NCBI GenBank assembly: GCA_025357835.1
Contig: JANYLM010000086.1
Coordinates: forward strand, 2,009 to 66,008
DNA length: 64,000 nt
Direction: 5' to 3'
DNA from: Gammaproteobacteria bacterium
GTDB lineage: Bacteria; Pseudomonadota; Gammaproteobacteria; Steroidobacterales; Steroidobacteraceae
The stretch's first letter is position 1. Each line of letters starts with the position of its first letter. A program made the translations under genes and the position numbers. Below are positions 30,749 to 40,466 of the stretch, piece after piece. The notes under the pieces were generated by a model. It made no database searches, was not told where the DNA came from, and worked only from the letters and a program-made list of their open reading frames with translations.

Positions 30749-31612
30749 CTACTCGATGTTCTGCACTTGCTCGCGCATTTGCTCGATCAACACCTTCATA
30801 TCGACGGCCGCGCGAGTGGTTTCTATGTCCTGGGACTTCGACGACAGGGTGTTGGCTTCGCGATTCAATTCCTGCATAAGGAAATCCAGACGCCGTCCGG
30901 CGGCTTCCGGTCCAGCGAAGGTCTTGCGCACTTCGATCACATGGCCGCGCAGGCGGTCGATCTCCTCGTCGACGTCCAGGCGTTGCGCCAAAATCGCCAG
31001 TTCTTGTTCCAGCCTATCGTGGTCGACGTCGCTGACCAGCTGTGCGATGCGTTCGAGCAGTTTCGTGCGCATGCGCGCCCGCACCTCCGGCAGGCGGTCC
31101 GCCACGCGCGCGGCGAACTCGATAAGGCCCGAGCAGCGCTGCTCCAGAGCGTCGCGCAGGCGCCCCCCCTCGCTGTCGCGAAAACGCGAGAGCTCCGCCA
31201 GTGCATCGGCGAGCAAAGCATGCGCCGCGGCAATCATGGGGGCATGGTCGCGGGTACCGTCCCGAATCACGCCAGGCCAACGCAGCAAATCCAGGGCATC
31301 GATGCGCGCCGCGGCACCCGCCTGCGAGGCGATCTGTTGCGCCCGCTGCGTGAGGCTGCTGAGCAGCTCGGCGTCTACCTCGAGCGCCCCGGCAAGCACG
31401 GCCGGGCGAAAATGCAGAGAACACTCGACCTTGCCGCGGCGCACGGCGGCGGCGATTGCTTGACGGAATTCCGCCTCGCCGACCCGGAATTCCTCGGGTA
31501 GGCGACAGCCCATTTCCAGAAAACGATGATTGACCGTCTTCACTTCCCAAGCCAACAATCCCCACGGGAATTGGCGCTCGCGCCGTGCAAAGCCGGTCAT
31601 ACTACGAATCAT
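30749..31612 (-). CDS. yicC: YicC-family stress-induced protein
   Basis: N-terminus MIRSMTGFARRE and C-terminal DFLMQELNREANTLSSKS...KVLIEQMREQVQNIE. Confidence 0.9.
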   Translation of the reverse strand: MIRSMTGFARRERQFPWGLLAWEVKTVNHRFLEMGCRLPEEFRVGEAEFRQAIAAAVRRGKVECSLHFRPAVLAGALEVDAELLSSLTQRAQQIASQAGAAARIDALDLLRWPGVIRDGTRDHAPMIAAAHALLADALAELSRFRDSEGGRLRDALEQRCSGLIEFAARVADRLPEVRARMRTKLLERIAQLVSDVDHDRLEQELAILAQRLDVDEEIDRLRGHVIEVRKTFAGPEAAGRRLDFLMQELNREANTLSSKSQDIETTRAAVDMKVLIEQMREQVQNIE

Positions 31613-31677
31613 AGGGGTCTGCGCTAAAATCGGCCATAATCCTTCCGTTCAGTTTATCAGAAGCTCAGGAGCAGTCA

Positions 31678-32424
31678 TTGCAGATCGAGACCGCGGATGT
31701 CAGCCTCATCGGCCACCGCGAAGAAAATCAGGACCGAGTTGCGGTGGCGGCCGCCGATAATGCGGTGCTGTTGGTTGTGATCGACGGCATGGGCGGCCAT
31801 GCGGAAGGCGCGCGCGCCGCCGAGACAGCGCTGGCGACTCTGCTCGAAGCGTTTTGGCAGACGCCGCATCCTATTTTCGATCCCATGGGATTCTTGCATT
31901 TATCCCTGGGCCGCGCGCACGAAGAAGTCGTGAAGCTCGGGGTGGGCCTGAGCGTCGAAGCACGCCCGCGAGCCACCTGCGCGCTGTGCCTGGTGCAGGA
32001 CTCCGCGGCCTACTGGGGACATGTCGGCGACAGTCGCATCTATCAAATACGGCAAACTCAGGTGCTCGACCGAACTCGTGATCACAGCCACGTCGAAGTG
32101 TTGCTGCGCGAGGGCTTGATCACCGAGGCCGAGGTTCACGGCCATCCAATGCGCAATTACGTGGAATGCTGTCTCGGCGGAGATGCGGCTTTGCCGGAGA
32201 TGAGCATATCCACGCGCCGCAAGCTCAAATCCGGCGATGTATTGCTGCTGTGTACCGATGGCATGTGGGCAAACTTGCGGGATCAGGATTTCGTGCGCTT
32301 CGCTCAGACCGGCGGCAAACCCATGCGTGAAACCCTGACCGATCTCGGCACCCAGGCGGTGGAGGCTTCCGCGCCCTATAGCGATAACACCAGCGCGGCC
32401 GCGCTACGCTGGCGGGCCGCATGA
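31678..32424 (+). CDS. PP2C-family protein serine/threonine phosphatase
   Basis: TTG start. PP2C motifs are present: [34 protein letters not shown]. The stop overlaps the rph ATG (ATGA). Confidence 0.8.
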   Translation: MQIETADVSLIGHREENQDRVAVAAADNAVLLVVIDGMGGHAEGARAAETALATLLEAFWQTPHPIFDPMGFLHLSLGRAHEEVVKLGVGLSVEARPRATCALCLVQDSAAYWGHVGDSRIYQIRQTQVLDRTRDHSHVEVLLREGLITEAEVHGHPMRNYVECCLGGDAALPEMSISTRRKLKSGDVLLLCTDGMWANLRDQDFVRFAQTGGKPMRETLTDLGTQAVEASAPYSDNTSAAALRWRAA

Positions 32425-33143
32425 GCATTAGGCCCAGCGGCCGGGCAGCCGACGAATTGCGTGAAGTGAGTTTCGAGCGAGGGTTCACCAAGCATGCTGA
32501 GGGCTCGGTGTTGGTGGGATTCGGTGCGACGCGGGTGCTGTGCACGGCCAGCATCGAAGATAGCGTGCCGTCCTTTCTGCGCGGCCAGGCCCAAGGCTGG
32601 GTGACCGCCGAGTACGGCATGCTGCCGCGGGCGACTCATACGCGCTCGGGGCGCGAGGCGGCGCGCGGCAAACAGACGGGCCGCACTCAGGAGATTCAGA
32701 GGCTGATCGGCCGAGCGCTTCGGGCGGTGGTCGACCTCAAGGGATTGGGGGAACGCACCGTGACCATTGATTGCGATGTGCTGCAGGCCGATGGCGGTAC
32801 TCGAACGGCGGCCATTACCGGCGGATTTGTGGCCTTGGCGGATGCCATCGACACTCTGCTGAAGAGACGGGCGCTCACCTCGAATCCCTTGCACGGCCAG
32901 GTGGCGGCCGTGTCGGTGGGTATCTACCGCGGCACGCCGGTGCTGGACCTGGACTATGCCGAGGATTCGAACGCGGAGACGGACATGAACGTGGTCATGA
33001 ACAGCGGCGGCGCCTTCGTCGAGGTGCAGGGCACCGCCGAGGGTCACGCGTTTCGCCGCCACGAGCTTGACCAATTGCTGGACCTCGCCGCTGCGGGCAT
33101 CGCTCGCCTGCATGCCGCCCAACTCAGCGCACGTGCTGCGTAG
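32421..33143 (+). CDS. rph: Ribonuclease PH
   Basis: [46 protein letters not shown] and [13 protein letters not shown]. Confidence 0.95.
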   Translation: MSIRPSGRAADELREVSFERGFTKHAEGSVLVGFGATRVLCTASIEDSVPSFLRGQAQGWVTAEYGMLPRATHTRSGREAARGKQTGRTQEIQRLIGRALRAVVDLKGLGERTVTIDCDVLQADGGTRTAAITGGFVALADAIDTLLKRRALTSNPLHGQVAAVSVGIYRGTPVLDLDYAEDSNAETDMNVVMNSGGAFVEVQGTAEGHAFRRHELDQLLDLAAAGIARLHAAQLSARAA

Positions 33144-33789
33144 GCGGCTCATTGTCGCGACCAGCAACCCCGGCAAGCTGCGTGAATTCCGCGAGTTACT
33201 GGCGGACCTGCCGTTCGATCTGCAGGCGCTCGGCGAGCTGGGGGTAGCCTCGCCCGAGGAGTCGGGCGCGAGCTTTCTCGAGAACGCGATGTTGAAGGCG
33301 AGGTATGCCGCGGCGGCGGCCGCTGGTTTGCGCGGGCGCAAAGAGTCGGAGGTTGCGGCGATCGCCGACGACTCAGGGCTTGAAGTCGACGCACTCGGTG
33401 GAGCACCGGGGATTTTTTCGGCCCGCTACGCCGGAGCGGCTGCGGACGACGCGGCCAATAACGCGAAACTTGTGGCCGCTCTTACGGGCATTGCGCCTGA
33501 ACGGCGGCGCGCTCGCTATCGTTGTGCGCTGGTGTTCGTCGCAGGTGCCGAGGACACGGCGCCGCTGATCGCCGAGGGCGCATGGGAGGGTGTCATTCTC
33601 GATGCGCCCCGCGGCTCAGGCGGCTTTGGCTACGATCCGTATTTTTGGCTTCCTGAGCTAGGGGTGACTGCGGCGCAACTCAAAGCTGAGGACAAGAATC
33701 GACTCAGTCACCGCGGCATCGCCATGCGTGCGCTGGGCGATCAATTGGCGGCGCGCCAGCGGGTCGCGCGTCCGTCGACGCGACAGTGA
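33133..33789 (+). CDS. rdgB: dITP/XTP pyrophosphatase (RdgB/HAM1 family)
   Basis: [46 protein letters not shown]. The GTG at 33133 was chosen as start (alternative ATG at 33112); both overlap the rph end. Confidence 0.9.
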   Translation: MLRRRLIVATSNPGKLREFRELLADLPFDLQALGELGVASPEESGASFLENAMLKARYAAAAAAGLRGRKESEVAAIADDSGLEVDALGGAPGIFSARYAGAAADDAANNAKLVAALTGIAPERRRARYRCALVFVAGAEDTAPLIAEGAWEGVILDAPRGSGGFGYDPYFWLPELGVTAAQLKAEDKNRLSHRGIAMRALGDQLAARQRVARPSTRQ

Positions 33790-35060
33790 CCGCGTCGCGC
33801 GCGCTGGCGGAGCCTTCGCACGGGGCGCCGGACCCCTCGCTGGCCTTGTACGTGCATATGCCCTGGTGCGTGCGCAAGTGTCCGTACTGCGATTTCAACT
33901 CGCATCAGCTGAAGTCGGTCATGCCCGACGCCTCGTACATCGATACGTTGATTCGTGATTTCGATACGGAAATGCCGCGGTTGCGGGGGCGCAGGATCGA
34001 CACGGTATTCTTCGGTGGCGGTACGCCCAGCCTTTTCCAGCCCGAGGAATTCGCCGTGCTGCTCGGCGCATTGCGGCAGCGAATCGCGTTCGCCGACGAC
34101 GTCGAAATCACCCTCGAAGCCAATCCGGGGACCATTGAACGCGGCAAGTTCGCAGGATATCGGGATGCGGGCATCAACCGAGTTTCATTGGGCGCGCAGA
34201 CTTTCGCGCCGCGCGCCCTCGAGGTCCTGGGCCGCATTCACTCGGCGGACGACACGCATCGCGCGGTGGAGGAATTGCGCGCGGCCAAGCTCGACAATTT
34301 CAATCTCGATTTGATGTATGCACTGCCGCAGCAGACTTTGGAGGAGGCGCTCGAGGATGTGCGCACCGCGTGTACCCTGGGTCCTGCGCATATTTCCTAT
34401 TACCAGCTCACTCTGGAGCCGGGGACCGTGTTTCATGCGCGGCCGCCGCAGTTGCCGGATGAAGACGCCGCTTGGCAGATTCAAACCGCGGGTCAGCAGC
34501 TGCTGGCGGACGCAGGCTACGCGCAATACGAAGTCTCAGCCTATGCACGCGCCGGCGCGTGTTGCCGGCACAACCTCAATTACTGGCTGTTCGGCGATTA
34601 TCTGGGCATCGGCGCGGGCGCGCACGGCAAGCTCAGTTTCGCACTGCCTGATCGCATCCTGCGCACCATCAAACCCAAACAGCCGCGCGAGTATCAAGAG
34701 CAAGTGCGGCGCGCGGCCGTCGACGCCGGCACCGGCGTTGGCGCGGCGCCCCAAGCCGCAGCTGCTGATTTGGCCGCACGCGCAGTCGAGGGTGCGGCAC
34801 CACGCGCCGCCATAGGCGAGAGCTCGTTCATTTTGTCCAAGGACTTACCGTTCGAGTTCATGCTCAATGCGCTGCGGCTCAATGAGGGCTTTACTTTCAC
34901 CGACTACAGGCTGCGAACCGGGCTGGAAATGGACTCGGTCGAGGCCAAACTTGCTCAAGCGGCGGGGCGCGGGCTTGTAACCGGCCGGGCGAACGGCTGG
35001 CGTCCTACCGAGCTGGGCCGGCGCTTCTTAAATGATCTGCAGGCAGGTTTTCTTGCCTAA
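33786..35060 (+). CDS. hemW: Radical SAM haem chaperone HemW (HemN-like, YggW family)
   Basis: The GTG start overlaps the rdgB stop. Contains CVRKCPYCDFNS (CxxxCxxC) and GGGTPSL, and sits in the rph-rdgB-hemW context. It carries an Ala-rich low-complexity insert of about 25-40 aa near residue 306-346. Confidence 0.9.
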   Translation: MTASRALAEPSHGAPDPSLALYVHMPWCVRKCPYCDFNSHQLKSVMPDASYIDTLIRDFDTEMPRLRGRRIDTVFFGGGTPSLFQPEEFAVLLGALRQRIAFADDVEITLEANPGTIERGKFAGYRDAGINRVSLGAQTFAPRALEVLGRIHSADDTHRAVEELRAAKLDNFNLDLMYALPQQTLEEALEDVRTACTLGPAHISYYQLTLEPGTVFHARPPQLPDEDAAWQIQTAGQQLLADAGYAQYEVSAYARAGACCRHNLNYWLFGDYLGIGAGAHGKLSFALPDRILRTIKPKQPREYQEQVRRAAVDAGTGVGAAPQAAAADLAARAVEGAAPRAAIGESSFILSKDLPFEFMLNALRLNEGFTFTDYRLRTGLEMDSVEAKLAQAAGRGLVTGRANGWRPTELGRRFLNDLQAGFLA

Positions 35061-35140
35061 GCTTATGCACATCGGAGGTAGGACCCCACACAAAGGGGTA
35101 CCTACAGCACATTGCACTTGCACTAGGTCAGATGCACTTC

Positions 35141-35273
35141 ATAAGTAGTTGAAATATAACAATAAAGTGACTTGTCTATTTTTTGACCGAGTTAACAATT
35201 ACTCGAAATTCTGCTGGCTGAATCAAGCGCCGTGGCCGCCGTCCACAGACTTATCCACAGTTATTGTGGACAA
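35141..35273. promoter_or_regulatory. AT-rich tract (35141..35215) followed by a cluster of DnaA-box-like sites (35239..35273)
   Basis: Read directly. TTATCCACA at 35251..35259 is a perfect DnaA box. TGTGGACAA at 35265..35273 is TTGTCCACA on the other strand (1 mismatch). CCGTCCACA at 35239..35247 keeps the TCCACA core. Upstream there are about 75 nt of roughly 70 % A+T in an otherwise GC-rich genome. Confidence 0.45.
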
Positions 35274-35467
35274 CACGCGGGCGAGGATGCAATGAAAGCT
35301 TATGTCGCCTGTCTTGTGGCAACTGTACCCATCGGATACTATGGCCGGCCCAGGATTAGAGACCCGGCCCTCTGCGGTTGGATCGCGAACCAGAGGGGAT
35401 TTTAGGCGTGGCGATACATCCCTTTGCGGATGGGTCGATTCTGCCGCTACCCACACTCGAGGTTTCC

Positions 35468-35680
35468 ATGAAAGCCGGCATTCATCCAGAATACAAAGTC
35501 ATCGCGGTCACTTGTACCTGCGGCAATAAATTCGAGACTCGCTCGACCAATGGCCAGGATCTGCAGGTCGAAGTTTGCTCCAATTGCCATCCGTTCTATA
35601 CCGGCAAGCAGAAAATTGTGGATACCGGCGGTCGCGTCGATAAATTCCGCAAGAAGTATGCGATAGCGGCGAAAGCCTAA
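35468..35680 (+). CDS. rpmE: 50S ribosomal protein L31 (Zn-ribbon, type A)
   Basis: [27 protein letters not shown]...[31 protein letters not shown], with a GAGG RBS. Both CxC/CxxC pairs are present. The listed ORF (35378) is upstream read-through. Confidence 0.95.
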   Translation: MKAGIHPEYKVIAVTCTCGNKFETRSTNGQDLQVEVCSNCHPFYTGKQKIVDTGGRVDKFRKKYAIAAKA

Positions 35681-35867
35681 CGCTTCAGAGTTTCTCCTTA
35701 CGAGCGCACAGGCGCGTGGACCTTGAATAGATCCGCGCGCCTACAGGTTCCACTGTGCCCGACGCCGGCTGCCATGCTGGCGGACCGGCTCCCTTGATTC
35801 CGATGTACGGCCGTGCAAGGCTGCGTGGTCCTAAACGAACCAATCTTCATCTCCGTCGGAAAAGCGC

Positions 35868-37160
35868 ATGAGCACGAAATACGAACTCAAGAATCTCGCG
35901 ACCGGAAAGACGACGCCGCTGAACGCCGTCTCGGGAACCATCGGGCCGGAAGCACTCGACATTTCGAATCTGACCAAGGACCAAGGGGTATTCACCTTCG
36001 ACCCCGGCTTCATGGCCACGGCAAGCACCGAAAGCAAGATCACCTACATCGACGGCGACGCCGGCGTGCTGCTGTATCGCGGCTATCCGGTGGAGCAGCT
36101 CGCGGAGAAATCGAGCTTTCTCGAAGTGGCCAATCTACTGATCAACGGCAGTTTGCCCACCAAAGCGCAGCTCTGCGCGTTCCAGAATTCGATAACCCGG
36201 CACACCATGGTCAACGAGCAATTGCTGCGTTTTTTCCAGGGTTTCCATCACAACGCGCACCCCATGGCCATGGTGTCCGCGGTGGTGGCTTCGATGGCCG
36301 CGTTCTATCACGACACCACCGACATCGATGACCCCCGGCATCGGGAGATTTTCGCGCATCGAATCGTCGCGAAACTGCCGACCATCGCCGCCGCGGCCTA
36401 CAAGCACACGCTCGGCCAGCCCTTCGTCTATCCGCGCAACGACCTGCGCTACTGCGCCAACATGCTGAATATGTTCTTCGCGGTTCCCTGCGAGCCCTAT
36501 GCCATCGATCCGGTTGCGGCCGAAGCGCTGGATCTGCTGTTCATTCTGCACGCGGATCATGAGCAAAACGCTAGCACCTCGACGGTACGCCTGGCCGGCA
36601 GCACCGGTGCGAACCCTTACGCCGCCATATCGGCGGGCGTATCCGCTCTGTGGGGGCCCGCGCATGGTGGCGCCAATGAAGCCGTGCTCGACATGCTGGA
36701 CGGAATCGGCTCTGTGGCCAACATCGATAAATTCCTGGTGCGCGTCAAGGACAAGAGCGATCACGTGCGCTTGATGGGCTTCGGACACCGCGTCTACAAG
36801 AACTTCGATCCCCGCGCCAAAATCATTCGCGGCATGTGTTATCGGGTGCTTGAGAAACTGGGCAAAACCAATAATCCGCTGTTCGAGCTGTCGCTGAAAC
36901 TGGAGGAAATCGCGCTCAAGGACGAGTACTTCGTGTCGCGCAAGCTGTACCCGAATGTGGATTTTTATTCCGGCATCATCTATAGCGCGCTGGGGATTCC
37001 GCGCTCCATGTTCACCGTCATGTTTGCGATCGCGCGCACCGCAGGCTGGGTGGCGCAGTGGCAGGAAATGGTATCCGATCCGCATATGAAGATCGGCCGG
37101 CCGCGCCAGCTCTACACCGGTCCTGCCCAGCGAGACTACCAGACCATAGACAAGCGCTGA
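35868..37160 (+). CDS. gltA: Citrate synthase (type II, hexameric Gram-negative type)
   Basis: 430 aa with [46 protein letters not shown] and [14 protein letters not shown]. Confidence 0.95.
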   Translation: MSTKYELKNLATGKTTPLNAVSGTIGPEALDISNLTKDQGVFTFDPGFMATASTESKITYIDGDAGVLLYRGYPVEQLAEKSSFLEVANLLINGSLPTKAQLCAFQNSITRHTMVNEQLLRFFQGFHHNAHPMAMVSAVVASMAAFYHDTTDIDDPRHREIFAHRIVAKLPTIAAAAYKHTLGQPFVYPRNDLRYCANMLNMFFAVPCEPYAIDPVAAEALDLLFILHADHEQNASTSTVRLAGSTGANPYAAISAGVSALWGPAHGGANEAVLDMLDGIGSVANIDKFLVRVKDKSDHVRLMGFGHRVYKNFDPRAKIIRGMCYRVLEKLGKTNNPLFELSLKLEEIALKDEYFVSRKLYPNVDFYSGIIYSALGIPRSMFTVMFAIARTAGWVAQWQEMVSDPHMKIGRPRQLYTGPAQRDYQTIDKR

Positions 37161-37163
37161 CCG

Positions 37164-38783
37164 ATGGGGGGCCAAGCCTACGCCGGTCTTAACGTAGTGG
37201 CGGCGCTGCTGCTGGGCGGCGCCGCGAATTTTGCCCTGGCAGATAATCTCTGCCCCGATGCGGCGGGCCCGGTGGCGCTGGGCTCGGCGCAATGGAACGG
37301 CTGGGGCAAGGGGCTGGACAATACACGCTACCAGCCCGAGCCCGCGATTCGCGCCAGTGATGTGCCGAAGCTCGCCTTGAAATGGGCCTACGGCTATCCC
37401 AATGGCACGGAATTCGGCCAGCCCACCATTGTGGACGAGCGGCTGTTCGTCAGCGGCTCCGCGGGACGCATCTACTCCCTCGACGCGAAGACAGGCTGCA
37501 CCTATTGGACCTATGACGCCGCCGTGGGTAGCCGCACCGCAGTGACGATTGGCGAACTCGCGCGCGCCAGAGTCGCGGCGCTGCCTCGACGCTTAAAACG
37601 CACCTTGGCGCACCTCGACGTCATCAAGGCGCCGAGCGCCGCATTCTTCGGTGACGATGCCGGCACGGTGTATGCGCTGGACGCACAGAGGGGAACTCTG
37701 TTGTGGAAAACTCAAGTTGACACTCATCCGAGCGCGCGCATCGTGGCAGCGCCGACCCTGTACAACGATCATCTGTACGTGGCCGTGTCCTCGACGGAGG
37801 AGAGTGCGGCCAGCACCTCAGGCTATGGCTGCTGCACTTTTCGCGGCAGCGTGGTCGCGCTGGACATCGCCAGCGGCAGAACTCTATGGAAAAGCTACAC
37901 CGTGCTCGAGGAGCCGGCGCCCACCCGCAAGAGCAATACGGGCGTCCAGGAATTCGGGCCGGCGGGCGCGGCGATTTCCTCATCGCCGACCGTCGATACC
38001 AAACGCAATGTGCTGTACGTGGCCACAGGCAGCTCCGCGAACGGCATCGAGCAATCATTGACGGACGCCGTCGTCGCCTTCGATTTGGCGGACGGCAGGC
38101 TGCGATGGGTCAAGCAATTGGCCCGACCGGAGCTCGGAACGGCAGCGGCCGGCTTTTGGAGTTCCCCTGTTTTACGAACGCTGGCGACCGGCAATCAAGT
38201 CCTATTGGCGGGACAAAAATCAGGGGTCGTCTACGGCCTGGATCCCGATCACGGCGGCGATATCCTGTGGCAGACGAAAATCGGCGTTCCCGTCGTGGGC
38301 GGCGCAGGCCCGAGTGTGGCCAGCGCGGGCGTTGCGGGTGCCGCCGGCGGAGTGGCCTGGGGCGCAGCGGCGGATCATCGCAGTTTCTATGTCGCCATCT
38401 CCGGTCTGCTGGCACAGCCCGCGAACGCTTCGGGAAGTTTGACGGCGCTCGACATGACCACCGGCGTTGCGCGCTGGCACGCACCTGCGCCGGAACCCGC
38501 CTGCTCCTGGGGCCAGCACAATTGCTGGCATGCGCAGTCGCAAGCGGTCACCGTCATGCCGGGCAGCGCCTTCTCGGGATCGCTGGACGGGCATTTGCGC
38601 GCCTATTCGACCATCGACGGCAAGATTCTGTGGGACTTCGACACGGCCAGGGAATTTCAAACCAGGAACGGCATGAAGGCCAGCGGCGGGCCCTTGGATC
38701 ACGGCGGAGCCACCATCGTGAACGGTACCGTCTATGTCAATTCGGGTAACACCCTGCTGGCCTTCTCAGTCAGTGGAAAATAG
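37164..38783 (+). CDS. Secreted PQQ-binding-like beta-propeller repeat protein (resembles the propeller of PQQ/polyvinyl-alcohol-type dehydrogenases; no cytochrome domain)
   Basis: Signal peptide (VVAALLLGGAANFALA) and recurring propeller blades (RLFVSGSAGRIYSLDAKTGCTYW, GTVYALDAQRGTLLWK, GSVVALDIASGRTLWK, VVAFDLADGRLRW, GVVYGLDPDHGGDILW, HLRAYSTIDGKILW). It starts 4 nt after the gltA stop. Confidence 0.7.
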   Translation: MGGQAYAGLNVVAALLLGGAANFALADNLCPDAAGPVALGSAQWNGWGKGLDNTRYQPEPAIRASDVPKLALKWAYGYPNGTEFGQPTIVDERLFVSGSAGRIYSLDAKTGCTYWTYDAAVGSRTAVTIGELARARVAALPRRLKRTLAHLDVIKAPSAAFFGDDAGTVYALDAQRGTLLWKTQVDTHPSARIVAAPTLYNDHLYVAVSSTEESAASTSGYGCCTFRGSVVALDIASGRTLWKSYTVLEEPAPTRKSNTGVQEFGPAGAAISSSPTVDTKRNVLYVATGSSANGIEQSLTDAVVAFDLADGRLRWVKQLARPELGTAAAGFWSSPVLRTLATGNQVLLAGQKSGVVYGLDPDHGGDILWQTKIGVPVVGGAGPSVASAGVAGAAGGVAWGAAADHRSFYVAISGLLAQPANASGSLTALDMTTGVARWHAPAPEPACSWGQHNCWHAQSQAVTVMPGSAFSGSLDGHLRAYSTIDGKILWDFDTAREFQTRNGMKASGGPLDHGGATIVNGTVYVNSGNTLLAFSVSGK

Positions 38784-38798
38784 GACTCGAAGAGCAAC

Positions 38799-40337
38799 AT
38801 GACACCATTTAAGCGATGCCTTGTCGGCTTCTGTTTACTTTGCGGTTTCGATGCCGCGACGGCGCTTGCGTCGAGCGCGCGTGCAGCCGACGTGGAGCGG
38901 GCGCCGGCCATCGAGAACTCGGTGGTGAAGGTGTTTGCGACCATGCGCTACCCGGATCCCTTCAAACCCTGGTCCAAGCAGGCGCCCAGCGAAGTGACCG
39001 CCTCGGGCGTGGTGATCGACGGCAAGCGCATCCTCACCAATGCCCATGTGGTGCTCTACGCTAGCCAGGTGCAGATTCAAGCGAACGCTGCCGGCGACAA
39101 GGTGCCGGCCACCGTGGTGGCGGTGGCTCCCGGCATCGACTTGGCCGTATTGCAGCTCGATGATGCGGCGTTCTTCGATACGCATCCGCCAGTGGCGCGC
39201 GCCAGCAAGCTGCCGCAGATCAAGGACGCGGTACTGGCCTATGGGTTCCCAACCGGCGGCAACTCGCTGTCCATCACTAAGGGAATCGTGTCGCGCATCG
39301 AGTTTGTGGCTTACAACTATCCGGTGTCAGGCCTGCGTATCCAAGTCGATGCCGCGATCAATCCCGGAAACAGCGGCGGCCCCGCGATTGCCGGCGACAA
39401 AATGATCGGGCTCGCCTTCAGCAAACTGGGCGGCGACACTCAGAATATCGGCTACATCATCCCCAACGAAGAAGTCGATTTGTTCTTGAAGGACATCGCC
39501 GACGGACACTACGATGGTAAGCCCGCCATTTACGATGAGCTGCAGACCCTGGAAAATCCAGCTCTGCGTGAGTTCCTCAAGCTGGACAAGGCCGTCGAGG
39601 GAATGGTGGTTCACCGTCCCTACAAGTCCGATGCCTCGTACCCGCTCAAGGAATGGGATGTCCTGACCCGAGTAGGCGATACTCCTATCGACAATCAGGG
39701 CATGGTCAAGCTGGATAAGGACTTGCGAGTCAGCTTCGCCTATCTGGTACAACGCTTGGCTAACGACGGCAAGGTGCCTATGACCGTCGTCAGGGCGGGC
39801 AAAACCCTGCCGATTCAATTGCCCGTGTCGGCGCAGCACCCCACCTTGGTTACCGATTTGCACGGCGGCTACCCGTCCTACTTCATTTACGGCCCGCTGG
39901 TGTTTTCAACGGCAACCTGGCAATTGGTGGCCAGCTTCGAGAACAACGCCGGCCTGCTGCGAATCTTGGGTGCCGTGAAGAGTCCGCTGATCACACGGGC
40001 CCTGGACCCGCCGGATGCCGAAACTGAGGAGCTGGTGGTCATCTCCTCGCCCTTCTTCCCGCACAAGCTCGCCAATGGCTACTCGAATCCCGCGGGCTCG
40101 GTGGTGTATTCGATCAACGGCACGCATGTACGCAGCCTGAAGCACTTGGTTGCTGTGCTGCGCGATCTGAAGGACCCCTTCGTCACCATCGAATTCGATC
40201 AAAAGGGTAATGAGGCCCTGGTGTTCTCGCGCGCGGCCATGCTTGCGGCCACCGATGATATCTTGACCGACAATGGAGTCCGGGCGCAGGGCTCGCCGAA
40301 TATGATGGCGGTTTGGCAGGAGAAGGCGGGGAAGTGA
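38799..40337 (+). CDS. Secreted S1C (Deg/HtrA-like) trypsin-fold serine protease
   Basis: Signal peptide and the catalytic triad context TNAHVV (His), GIDLAVLQLD (Asp), INPGNSGGPA (Ser). The long C-terminal region is PDZ-like, resembling the Deg9/Deg2 type. Confidence 0.8.
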   Translation: MTPFKRCLVGFCLLCGFDAATALASSARAADVERAPAIENSVVKVFATMRYPDPFKPWSKQAPSEVTASGVVIDGKRILTNAHVVLYASQVQIQANAAGDKVPATVVAVAPGIDLAVLQLDDAAFFDTHPPVARASKLPQIKDAVLAYGFPTGGNSLSITKGIVSRIEFVAYNYPVSGLRIQVDAAINPGNSGGPAIAGDKMIGLAFSKLGGDTQNIGYIIPNEEVDLFLKDIADGHYDGKPAIYDELQTLENPALREFLKLDKAVEGMVVHRPYKSDASYPLKEWDVLTRVGDTPIDNQGMVKLDKDLRVSFAYLVQRLANDGKVPMTVVRAGKTLPIQLPVSAQHPTLVTDLHGGYPSYFIYGPLVFSTATWQLVASFENNAGLLRILGAVKSPLITRALDPPDAETEELVVISSPFFPHKLANGYSNPAGSVVYSINGTHVRSLKHLVAVLRDLKDPFVTIEFDQKGNEALVFSRAAMLAATDDILTDNGVRAQGSPNMMAVWQEKAGK

Positions 40338-40398
40338 TTCGGCGCTGAGCGCCCAATGCGCGGCGGGCCATCCTCATGCGCCGGCTCGCACCGCAAGA

Positions 40399-40421
40399 CG
40401 AGCCTCGTTATTCGAGGCTCG
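40399..40421. terminator. Hairpin between the convergent protease and TonB-receptor genes (possible bidirectional terminator)
   Basis: CGAGCCTCG-ttatt-CGAGGCTCG is a perfect 9-bp stem. There is no clear U-tract, so confidence is low. Confidence 0.3.
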
Positions 40422-40466
40422 CCTGCGGGCGAGTGAATCTATACGACGATCATAAATCGCAGCAGA

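Noticed and set aside
34701-34824. An Ala-rich insertion in HemW (VRRAAVDAGTGVGAAPQAAAADLAARAVEGAAPRAAIG), and a similar short insert in RdgB.
   Set aside because: These are low-complexity Ala/Gly/Pro expansions in loop regions, common in GC-rich genomes. The frame is maintained and the flanking motifs are intact. Nothing suggests a functional module or a pseudogene.
35141-35273. Calling this locus the chromosomal oriC outright.
   Set aside because: There are only two strong DnaA boxes plus one weak core, no obvious 13-mer-type repeats in the AT tract, and no dnaA, dnaN, gidA or parAB nearby. It is kept as a DnaA-box cluster of unknown role, pending whole-replicon GC skew.
35223-35529. Small ORFs in the hemW-rpmE gap: 35223..35456 minus strand (77 aa) and 35302..35529 plus strand (75 aa).
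   Set aside because: They have no RBS, odd composition, overlap the rpmE start region, and are not supported by any motif. The region is better explained as regulatory or leader sequence.
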